A stretch of 64,000 nt of DNA from the IMG/VR virus record IMGVR_UViG_3300021963_000022; one strand, given 5' to 3'. Below, piece after piece: positions 20,112 through 28,400 of the stretch; within the stretch, counting starts at the first letter, position 1; every line of letters begins with the position of its first letter. Both the position numbers and the translations under genes were made by a program. The notes under the pieces are model-generated. The model worked only from the letters and a program-made list of their open reading frames with translations. It did no database searches and was not told where the DNA came from. This DNA is from a virus (Duplodnaviria > Caudoviricetes).

Positions 20112-20203
20112 AAACTTTTGTTTTGTTAGTTATAGGAGTCTGTATTGCTGTATGTATATACTGGCTAATGGACTGGCAAAGTCACCATGAAGATGGTGAG
20201 TAA
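20108..20203 (+). CDS. Small membrane peptide, 31 aa (MKTFVLLVIGVCIAVCIYWLMDWQSHHEDGE)
   Basis: ATGA overlap with the upstream stop and one hydrophobic segment. Ends where the tmRNA acceptor piece begins. Confidence 0.45.
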   Translation: MKTFVLLVIGVCIAVCIYWLMDWQSHHEDGE

Positions 20204-20552
20204 AGTTATTGCTGTACGAAGCAAAGAGAAAAGTGTCTTGGAAGGGGGTGCGAATCCCCCCAGGTCCACCATAAGGAAGTTTATGAATATTGAATGGTAT
20301 CACGTATTGTTATGTTTAGCAGTTCCGCTAAACTACTTTTACTGGATAGTATTACATAGATTCTTTATGAAGGGCCTGATATAGATTCGACAGGGCAACA
20401 AGTAAATTAGTGGACAGCTCGGCAAAGCAGAAGCCGTTAGGGTTGGGGGAACTCGGCCGTAGAAGCAAAAAAGTAATCGCAAACGATTCACAATTCCTAT
20501 TGGCAGCAAACGCCTAATAGCGAGGTAGTTATACCTTGTAACCAAAAATAGC
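20204..20552 (+). ncRNA. ssrA: Circularly permuted (two-piece) tmRNA: acceptor piece ~20204-20271, intervening segment 20272-20371, coding piece 20372-~20552
   Basis: T-arm GGGGG-TGCGAAT-CCCCC (20244-20260) is followed by CAGGTCC-ACCA (20261-20271). This pairs 7/7 with GGGCCTG (20372-20378) and includes G3:U70. GATTCGAC motif follows. Tag frame GCA AAC GAT...GCC TAA TAG at 20479-20520. Piece ends are approximate. Confidence 0.93.
20283..20384 (+). CDS. Putative 33-aa hydrophobic peptide inside the tmRNA intervening segment
   Basis: AAGGAAG SD at 20273-20279, ATG 20283. Stop TAG lies inside the 5' end of the tRNA-like domain. Confidence 0.45.
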   Translation: MNIEWYHVLLCLAVPLNYFYWIVLHRFFMKGLI

Positions 20553-20576
20553 ATAGGGACTTCGGTCCCTATTTTT
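20553..20576 (+). terminator. Intrinsic terminator after tmRNA
   Basis: ATAGGGAC-TTCG-GTCCCTAT followed by a T run. Confidence 0.85.
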
Positions 20577-20721
20577 CTGGGTATTGCCATGTCCAAGTAC
20601 CGTCTTTTCTGTATAAGCGTTTTCTTCCTGTGACGGTAGCAGATAATTTTCCTGCGCTTTTTCTTCCATTTTCGGCAGCAGTAGGCAAAGAGGATTATGA
20701 AACAATTTAATTGTTTCACGG

Positions 20722-20749
20722 AAAGGTCACTAAGGTGACCTTTTATTTT
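20722..20749 (+). terminator. Intrinsic terminator
   Basis: AAAGGTCAC-TAAG-GTGACCTTT followed by TATTTT. Confidence 0.75.
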
Positions 20750-20776
20750 GGCTTTAACTACACAATGATATATAAT
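20748..20776 (+). promoter_or_regulatory. Sigma70-type promoter giving a leaderless mRNA for ORF 20783
   Basis: TTGGCT-17 nt-TATAAT, with ATG 6 nt after the -10 box. Confidence 0.6.
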
Positions 20777-20782
20777 CATACT

Positions 20783-21085
20783 ATGAGCAATGAACTAGCA
20801 AAATATATAAATTCTCGTCGCCGTTTCCGTGATGAAACTGCAGTCAAAAAACAAGTTAAGATTGCAAAAGCGCATGGTCTTACTAATAAAGATAAAGCTA
20901 TAAAAGAACCACATCGTTTAGCTAAACATCATGCAATGGATTGTGGTCAACCAGGATGTATGCTTTGCGGTAACCCTCGCAAAACACATAAAGATAAACT
21001 AACTGCACAAGAAAAACGTATGTATCAGGATGTAGATAAAACTAACGATAAACATAGCAATGGAATTAAACCGGAAGATATATGA
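20783..21085 (+). CDS. Basic hypothetical protein with a Cys cluster (CGQPGCMLCGNPR)
   Basis: Start moved from 20711 to ATG 20783 because the longer version would cross the terminator and promoter. Confidence 0.75.
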   Translation: MSNELAKYINSRRRFRDETAVKKQVKIAKAHGLTNKDKAIKEPHRLAKHHAMDCGQPGCMLCGNPRKTHKDKLTAQEKRMYQDVDKTNDKHSNGIKPEDI

Positions 21086-21477
21086 CAACAGTATTTGTTA
21101 ACGGAACATTTGACATTCTTCATTTAGGTCATATCGGCCTACTTGAACACGCTAAAAGCTTAGGTGATGAACTTATTGTCGGTATCGATAGTGATGCTAG
21201 AGTAAAAGTATTGAAGGGTGAAAATAGACCCATCAATACTGAAAGAGAACGAGGATTAATGCTACTTGCAACCAAGTATGTAGACAAGGTATTTGTATTT
21301 GATACAGATGTAGAACTAACTGAATTAGTTAGTACATGTGATATTATGGTTAAAGGCAGTGATTATGTAGGTAAACGTATCATTGGTAGCGAAGTATGCC
21401 CTCAGCTTGTATTTTTTGATCGAATAGATGAATACTCAACCACACAAAAAATTCAAAATATTATTGATCGGGGATAA
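21082..21477 (+). CDS. Cytidylyltransferase-like nucleotidyltransferase (HldE/RfaE domain II, heptose-1-P adenylyltransferase-like)
   Basis: NGTFDILHLGH (HxGH), KG..RPIN and KGSDY motifs. Confidence 0.85.
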   Translation: MTTVFVNGTFDILHLGHIGLLEHAKSLGDELIVGIDSDARVKVLKGENRPINTERERGLMLLATKYVDKVFVFDTDVELTELVSTCDIMVKGSDYVGKRIIGSEVCPQLVFFDRIDEYSTTQKIQNIIDRG

Positions 21478-22192
21478 TTGTTTAGATGTATATCAATTTG
21501 GAATAGTTGATAGACTAAGCCCCGAAGCTCCTGTACCTATATTTGTTCCTCTTTACAAAGAAGAACGCAGTGGTATGGTTGGCAACGTATATAACAACTT
21601 AGTTAACTTAGATTGTGACGTAACATTATATTCAGGTAGCACAAGTGTTAAGACCAGAATGATTGATGCTAGAAGCAAACAACAAATCATTCGGGTAGAT
21701 AATGATATAATATCTGAACCATTGACGATTGATGATATCAATATTGAGCATGATGCTATTGTAATCAGTGACTACAATAAAGGGTTAGTATCATATGAAT
21801 TGATTGAAAACATATTAGCAGTAGCTAAATGCCCCGTGTTCATTGATACTAAATTAACTGATTTAGAACGTATGCAAGGTGCATGGGTTAAAATTAACAA
21901 CCTAGAATACAGTAGGATTAAAAGTGAATGTTCAGGTCTAATCGTAACTAATGGTGCACGTGGTGCTAGTGTAATATATCACGATATACAATGTCCTGCT
22001 ACTAAAGTAGAAGTTGTTGACGTTACTGGTGCGGGAGATACTTTCTTATCAGCATTAACATATCAATATCTAGTTACTAAAGATATAAAATCAGCAGTTG
22101 AATTTGCCATCAATGCATCAAGTATAACTGTACAACACTTGGGCGTTTATGCACCAACACTAAATGAAATAGAAATAGAGGGACTTAGATGA
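21428..22192 (+). CDS. PfkB-family kinase (HldE/RfaE domain I, heptose-7-P kinase-like)
   Basis: RLSPEAPVP, ISDYNKG and DVTGAGDTF motifs. Confidence 0.88.
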   Translation: MNTQPHKKFKILLIGDNCLDVYQFGIVDRLSPEAPVPIFVPLYKEERSGMVGNVYNNLVNLDCDVTLYSGSTSVKTRMIDARSKQQIIRVDNDIISEPLTIDDINIEHDAIVISDYNKGLVSYELIENILAVAKCPVFIDTKLTDLERMQGAWVKINNLEYSRIKSECSGLIVTNGARGASVIYHDIQCPATKVEVVDVTGAGDTFLSALTYQYLVTKDIKSAVEFAINASSITVQHLGVYAPTLNEIEIEGLR

Positions 22193-22545
22193 GATTAGAA
22201 GGGTTTGTAGAAAAAGGTTGGGGACATGAATTTATCTTTGCTACTAATGATAAGTATTGCGGTAAAATTCTATCCTTCAATAAAGATGCAAAATTCAGTA
22301 TGCATTTTCATGGTGAAAAAGATGAAACATGGTATGTGTTAACTGGGGAATTTATCGTAAGACACATTGATACTACTAATGCAGAAATTAATGAAACAAA
22401 GTTAACTACAGGGGATACATGGCGTAATCTTCCTTTATTCCCACATCAAATTATATGCATAGAAGAAGGTGTTATAGTTGAAGTTAGTACACCGGATAGT
22501 GTAGAAGATAATTACAGAGTCATGCCCGGAGATAGTCAAAAATGA
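22189..22545 (+). CDS. Cupin-fold sugar isomerase-like protein
   Basis: KGWGHE, SMHFH..K.ETWYV, PHQ and EVST cupin motifs. Confidence 0.75.
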   Translation: MRLEGFVEKGWGHEFIFATNDKYCGKILSFNKDAKFSMHFHGEKDETWYVLTGEFIVRHIDTTNAEINETKLTTGDTWRNLPLFPHQIICIEEGVIVEVSTPDSVEDNYRVMPGDSQK

Positions 22546-22835
22546 AATACATAGTAGATATAGATGGTACAATATGTACTGTAACCAACGGTGATTATTC
22601 AAACGCGGAGCCTTATCTATCACGCATAGCACATTTTAATATGTTATATGATGCGGGAAATGAGATACATTATTGGACAGCACGTGGTGCTAATACTGGA
22701 AAGAATTGGGATGATATTACATTAATGCAGTTAGCCGATTGGGGCGCAAAATACACCACTGCTAAAACAGGTAAGCCTGCATATGATATATGGATTGATG
22801 ATAAAGCATTTAACATAGGAACATATTTCAAATGA
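22542..22835 (+). CDS. Small HAD-family phosphatase
   Basis: VDIDGTI (DxDGT), WTARG, GKP.YDIWIDDK. Confidence 0.8.
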   Translation: MKYIVDIDGTICTVTNGDYSNAEPYLSRIAHFNMLYDAGNEIHYWTARGANTGKNWDDITLMQLADWGAKYTTAKTGKPAYDIWIDDKAFNIGTYFK

Positions 22836-23584
22836 AAATATTATTAACAGGATATAAAGGATTCATTGGCTCTAACATGCTCAAAATGTTAGACGGTCAT
22901 GAAGTTGTAACATATAACTGGGGTGATGCATTACCTTCAGTTGCAGGATTAGATTGGGTCGTCCACATGGGCGCTATCAGTAGCACTATTGAACGCAACA
23001 TTGAAAAGATTATGTTACAGAATTACGATTTTAGCTGTTGGCTATTGAATGAGTGCATTGCAAACAACGTAAACTTTCAGTATAGTAGTTCAGCAAGCAT
23101 ATATGGATTGAGTACAGAGTTTGTTGAAACTAGTCCAGTCGATCCTCGCACACCTTATGCTTGGACAAAGTACTTGTTTGAACGTTTTGCTAATAGAGAA
23201 TGCAATATACGTATACAGGGTTTTAGATACTTCAATGTGTATGGTTCAGGTGAAGAAGAAAAGGGAGATCAAGCTAGTCCTTTCTATAAGTTTAAAAAAC
23301 AAGCAGAAGAAAACGGATTTGTTAAATTATTTGAAAACAGTCAGCACTATAGACGAGACTTTGTCCCAGTAAAACAAGTATGTCAAACACATATTGATTT
23401 CTTTAATGTAAAAGAATCAGGTGTATGGAACGTAGGTACAGGAACACCTATGAGTTTTTATGATGTCGCTAAACAATTTACTGATAACATCATAGAGATA
23501 CCCTTACCTGATATACTAAAAGATAGTTATCAAGAATTCACATGTGCAGATATGACTAAAACCAATACATCATTGGGTAGATAA
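22832..23584 (+). CDS. hldD: ADP-L-glycero-D-manno-heptose 6-epimerase-like SDR
   Basis: TGYKGFIGS, HMGAISST, YSSSASIYG, Y.WTK, GFRYFNVYG.GE..KG.QAS and RDFV motifs. Confidence 0.85.
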   Translation: MKILLTGYKGFIGSNMLKMLDGHEVVTYNWGDALPSVAGLDWVVHMGAISSTIERNIEKIMLQNYDFSCWLLNECIANNVNFQYSSSASIYGLSTEFVETSPVDPRTPYAWTKYLFERFANRECNIRIQGFRYFNVYGSGEEEKGDQASPFYKFKKQAEENGFVKLFENSQHYRRDFVPVKQVCQTHIDFFNVKESGVWNVGTGTPMSFYDVAKQFTDNIIEIPLPDILKDSYQEFTCADMTKTNTSLGR

Positions 23585-23838
23585 TGTCAATCACTACATC
23601 ATTAGATTGGGAAAAAGAGAGTGACAGGCTTATGAATTTTATGTCTAGTTCCGGTTACAACCCTGATCTTAAAAAAGTGTACAATAACATTAATGGTATG
23701 ATAACTGACTTGAGCAAACTAGAGGTTGAAGCACGTAGAACGCACAACAACCTCAAAGTAGAAGAATGTTTAATAAAAATTAATGAAGCAATTGATAGAT
23801 TAGAAAAATTACTATTGATTGCTAAATTAATTAGCTAG
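23584..23838 (+). CDS. Hypothetical helical protein
   Basis: 84-aa ORF, TAATG-coupled to hldD. Confidence 0.7.
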   Translation: MSITTSLDWEKESDRLMNFMSSSGYNPDLKKVYNNINGMITDLSKLEVEARRTHNNLKVEECLIKINEAIDRLEKLLLIAKLIS

Positions 23839-24345
23839 TGGATCAATAGGCCAAGTAACGTTTTCACTTGGTGTATCTTTTGGATACGTATTAGTTAAAT
23901 CCCTAAGCTGTTGTTTATATGTTAACACAGCCATATATTGTTCATCTGTTAGTTTATGAGGAATATTCAGTAATGTTTCTTCTTGGTGTCTTTGTACTAT
24001 CCAGTCTAATTCGTATAATTTTTGAACCCTACTCATTTCTAAAGTAATTACAGGAACCGCAGCCTGAATCAGTTGTTCTAAGATAGGGATTAAACGCTGT
24101 TTGTTTTCAACAAACCAATTAATTTCCTCTAATTCTTGACCCGCAAACCCCTCTGGACCAACACGCTCTACATGATAAATATTTCTATCAGGTTCGTAGG
24201 ATAGTAAGAGGGTAGAATCAGCATAGGGATAATTAGTATCAGCAATAAATTTTGCTGAATTATCCCAATGATATTCTTTATTTTCAAACTTTATATAAAA
24301 ATGAGAGTTATAAAAGTTTAGGCTAGCCATATTGTTAATCATCAT
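23827..24345 (-). CDS. Tail fibre assembly chaperone-like protein
   Basis: C-terminal YKQQLRDLT...VTWP motif, directly downstream of fibre genes. Confidence 0.7.
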   Translation of the reverse strand: MMINNMASLNFYNSHFYIKFENKEYHWDNSAKFIADTNYPYADSTLLLSYEPDRNIYHVERVGPEGFAGQELEEINWFVENKQRLIPILEQLIQAAVPVITLEMSRVQKLYELDWIVQRHQEETLLNIPHKLTDEQYMAVLTYKQQLRDLTNTYPKDTPSENVTWPIDPLAN

Positions 24346-25473
24346 TTATCCTTTATATTGTATAAATGCAACGCCGATGCGTTGCGGAAAGTAGCTGAAG
24401 GTAGATCCACTTAAAGTATGGCTGTGACTCCAACCATAATTACTGTGAAATGCTGACGGGCCACTTACATTTGTGGTGTACAATTGATAACTGGCACTGT
24501 GATAGTGGGGAGTATAAGGAGCATCTGTACTACTTAAAGCACCGACAGCATTGCTAGCAGTAGTGACATCCCATTGATTATCACTATACCCAATAATATA
24601 TCCGCCTAAATTAGGTGTACCGTTTAACCCATTACATAATTTCCAATATGTCGGTAATGCTGTTAAAATGCCAACATACATAATAATTATATCAGATTCT
24701 GGAAGACTGGGTGAAGTTAGTTTCCATAAGTTAACTAATTTACTTCGAATAGTTGATTGTGAGAAAGTTCCAAAAGCAGTATGGCTATGTGCTCCAGCAT
24801 AAGCCATATTATAGTTACGTATAGCTGATCCAGTGCCCATAGGTCTATAAGCACTACTGGCTGAAGCGTGATAGTGACCACTATCTGAACTTAAACTAAC
24901 TGGTATTGTAAAACTATAACCAGTACCTGTAGTACGAGTTAAATTGTCATTAGCACCATGCAAATAGTTATATCCTGTATCTACAAAAGGTGTCGAATTA
25001 GCCGCTGCATTTTGTTTTGTTACTAAAGTATTGGTGGGGAAATAAGTAGTAGCTCTAATGGATCGTAATAAATTAATTTTTTGTTTATTAAGCATTGTAT
25101 CGGTATTATCTGTTCTTCCGCCGGAAAAGGAGTGATTATGTGAAGAGGCGCCCGCACTCGCAGATGGTGCAATAGAACCTCCTGTATTACTAGTAACATT
25201 TTGAGTTACTGTTGATCCGCTGTGAGAACCTGCAAAACTTGTGGAACCATTGGCACTCATTCCTCCACTGACAGAGCTATAAGTAATATCTATTTGACTC
25301 TGATCTTGAGCTGACCAGATATAATAGCCATCTGCCTTACTATAACGAGTCCAGTCACCTGATGTCATATTTGCCATGGTATCATAATATGGTACTACAG
25401 CATTAGCTGGGATATGGATTGGCGGACTTGGCGGACCTGGATTAGTAAAAAAACCTGCTCTGGCTGCAAACAT
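24346..25473 (-). CDS. Distal/short tail fibre protein
   Basis: Ser/Gly/His-rich HxH motifs (HNHS, HYH, HSH) and a tail-collar-like WKLCNG.NGTPNL segment. Confidence 0.7.
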   Translation of the reverse strand: MFAARAGFFTNPGPPSPPIHIPANAVVPYYDTMANMTSGDWTRYSKADGYYIWSAQDQSQIDITYSSVSGGMSANGSTSFAGSHSGSTVTQNVTSNTGGSIAPSASAGASSHNHSFSGGRTDNTDTMLNKQKINLLRSIRATTYFPTNTLVTKQNAAANSTPFVDTGYNYLHGANDNLTRTTGTGYSFTIPVSLSSDSGHYHASASSAYRPMGTGSAIRNYNMAYAGAHSHTAFGTFSQSTIRSKLVNLWKLTSPSLPESDIIIMYVGILTALPTYWKLCNGLNGTPNLGGYIIGYSDNQWDVTTASNAVGALSSTDAPYTPHYHSASYQLYTTNVSGPSAFHSNYGWSHSHTLSGSTFSYFPQRIGVAFIQYKG

Positions 25474-28400
25474 TATTCGTATCCTTTACTCAATGTAGCA
25501 TAGTATGCACTACCGTCGTAGAATACTGAAATAATATCTATTGATTCTGCCGCTGTACTCAACGTCTTACTATTAGCGGCAAACTTTATATTTGAAGTCA
25601 TTACTCTACTTCCCGTTGCATCTTGTTTAATAATAATTGTTGCTGAACTACCTGTAGTAGCACCGGTTAACCCATTAAATGTAAAGTTAGCATTTGCAAT
25701 AAAGTTAAAGATTGTCCCGTTAGCTACGTTAGGAGAAATAGCTGCACCTGTATTAACAGGTGATAACACTGTTTCAGTATATGATTTAAGTGTTATAAGA
25801 TTGGCTCCTATATTATTGGCAACCAAATTACCAGACACACCTAAACCAGTTAACGTACCAACACTTGTAATACTAGTTTGAGCACCATTTGTTACTGTGG
25901 CTGCAGATGTTGCTGCCCCAGTTAAGTTTCCGACAAAAGTCTTAGCGGTAATAGAAGTATTACTTAAGTTAGCAGTAATATTTGTATTAATAACTGCCGA
26001 TGCATTTCCATTACTGCTTGAAGTACTAAATGTTAAATATGCTGTAGTACTAGTTGATGTGTTTTGTAATAATGCCGCGGCATTTGTTGCGCTTACTGCA
26101 GTTGTTGCACTAACACCGGTTAACAAACTTCCGTTACCGCTAAAGAAATTAGCAGCCACATGATTACCTAAGTTAGCATTACCTGCAAACAGATTACCAC
26201 TGAGATCCACGTCAGTAAATGATGCAATATTAGGTGTTGATCCACCAATAATACCTTGAACAGGTCCAAATATTGATCCATTAATATTACCTGCGTCTAT
26301 ATTACCGGTTACGGTCAATGTACTCAAATTACCTACACTAGTAATGTTAGGTTGAGCCGCAGTAGTTAATGTACCACCTAGATAATTTGCTGTTGCAAGA
26401 TTTCCTAAGTTAGCATTTTTTGCTAAAATATTACCTGCTGATGAGACACTAAATTGAGAAGTGCCGCCAACCTTTGCATCAATTAATAATGAGGAAGCAA
26501 GTGACTTTGTGTTAGTAATACTAAGCTCAACTGCAGTAAATCCAATGTTAGCATTATTCCATGTCTGACTAAAACTTATTGGTGCAGTATCAGTAAGTGA
26601 TCCTGAAGCAACAATTAACTTAGTTAAGTTACCGGTGCTTGTAATATTAGGTTGAGCATTAGTTGTTACTGTATTTGCATTGATAGCTGTAACACCAGAT
26701 AATAAATGACCATTACCGCTAAAGAAATTAGCGGCTACATAATTACCTAAGCTAGCATTACCAGCAGTAAGATTACCAGTAACGACTAGACTTGTTAAGT
26801 TACCAACACTTGTAATGTTGCCTTGTGCTGCCGTTGTTACTGTACCTGCTGTTGTTGCACTAGTTGCGGTTGTTGCACTAGTTGCGGTTGTTGCACTAGT
26901 TGCGGTTGTTGCACTACCTGCACTAGTTGCATAATTCGCATTAGCTACTGTACCGGTTACTCTATTACCTAATATATTAGTTAAGAACGCACCGTTACCA
27001 GTAAAGAAATTAGCTGATACATTATTACCTAAACTAGCATTACCTGCTGTAACCGTTCCAGTCACACCCAAACTAGTCAGTGTACCTACACTAGTAATAT
27101 TAGGTTGAGCATTATTGCTTACTGTGGTTGCTGTTAAATTACCAACAGTTAGTGTACCTACGTTTGCAACATCAAAATATCCAGTAACAGTAGTACTTGA
27201 AGATTCTATTACCCTTCGTTGTGCTATAACAGAAATAGATGATACGTTAGCACCGCCGCCTGCACTAGTAACTAGATCCGGAGTAACAGTTAATATCACG
27301 TTGCTACTAGGATTTGCAGTTACATTAGTGATAGAATATGTTTTGTTAAGTGATATACTGTCACCTATTGCGCCTGAAATAATTAATTGATCACCTGTTT
27401 TTAACTTACTAGCTACGTTGTATTGTCCTAAAGTCAATGATGTTGGTGAACCCAATGTAATTGTAGCAGCACCTGCATTATCAGCGGCACTAATAAATGC
27501 AACTTTATTGCTGTTAGATAATTCATTTTGCTGGATATAAACATTACCACTAGTGAATACATTAGCTAATGTACCTACACTAGTAATGTTAGGTTGTGCA
27601 TTTGTATATACTGTACCTGAAATTGAAGCGTTAGGTACTTGTCCAGTTAGTTCACCGGCTGATATATTAGTTAGACCTGCTCCATTACCTACAAAATAGT
27701 TAGCACTGACCACATTACCTAAATTAGCATTTAGAGTTGTAAGATTACCTGTAATGTTTGCGTCACCGGCAACTGTTAATGAAGTTAAATTACCTACAGA
27801 CGTAATATTAGGTTGAGAGTTTACAGTTATGTTGCCTGCATAGTTTGCATAATTTGAAAATGCACCTGTAGGGATATTAGATAGTAGACTACCGTCACCT
27901 AAGAAGTACGTACCAGTTACGTTACCTGATTTAGTTACTTTGAATTTAGAAGTACCACCTACCTTCATGTCAATCAATGTAGAATTAACACTGCTAGTAG
28001 TATCTGTTATAGAAGCACTGATAGTATTGAATGTAACAGCACCGTTCTGCCAAGTCTGTACAATTGATAATGGTTTATCTGCAGTCAATGATCCGGACGC
28101 AATAGACAATCCTGTTAGATTACCAACAGATGTAATATTTGGTTGAGCATTAGTTGTTACTGTATTAGCAATATTTGCATTACCGGTGCTGTTAGAATAC
28201 GTGCTGTATGTTGCAAAGTTTGCATTAGGTATCTCACCTACTAAATTGCTTGCTTGTAAGTTAGATAGATTACCACCCTCACCTATGAATACGTTAGAAA
28301 CAACTACACCCGTTTTGTCTACTGAGAATGTTGATGAGCCGTCTACTTGTAAATCTAATAATAATGAGCTTGGATCACTTGCACTATCTACTATATTTTG

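Noticed and set aside
20240-20271. Stand-alone tRNA or attachment-site remnant
   Set aside because: No D or anticodon arm lies upstream. The matching 5' acceptor strand lies downstream with a tag frame, so it is explained as a permuted tmRNA. No integrase or duplicated 3' end is seen.
20187-20282. 5' extension of the 65-aa ORF 20187-20384
   Set aside because: It runs through the tmRNA T-arm and CCA. The RBS-supported start is ATG 20283.
20339-20779. 146-aa minus-strand ORF in the track
   Set aside because: It overlaps the tmRNA coding piece, two terminators and a promoter, has no RBS and has atypical composition. It is a shadow ORF.
26851-26916. Possible CRISPR array
   Set aside because: The repeats are contiguous with no spacers and are in-frame coding repeats. 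No repeat-spacer array or cas gene was seen anywhere in the window.
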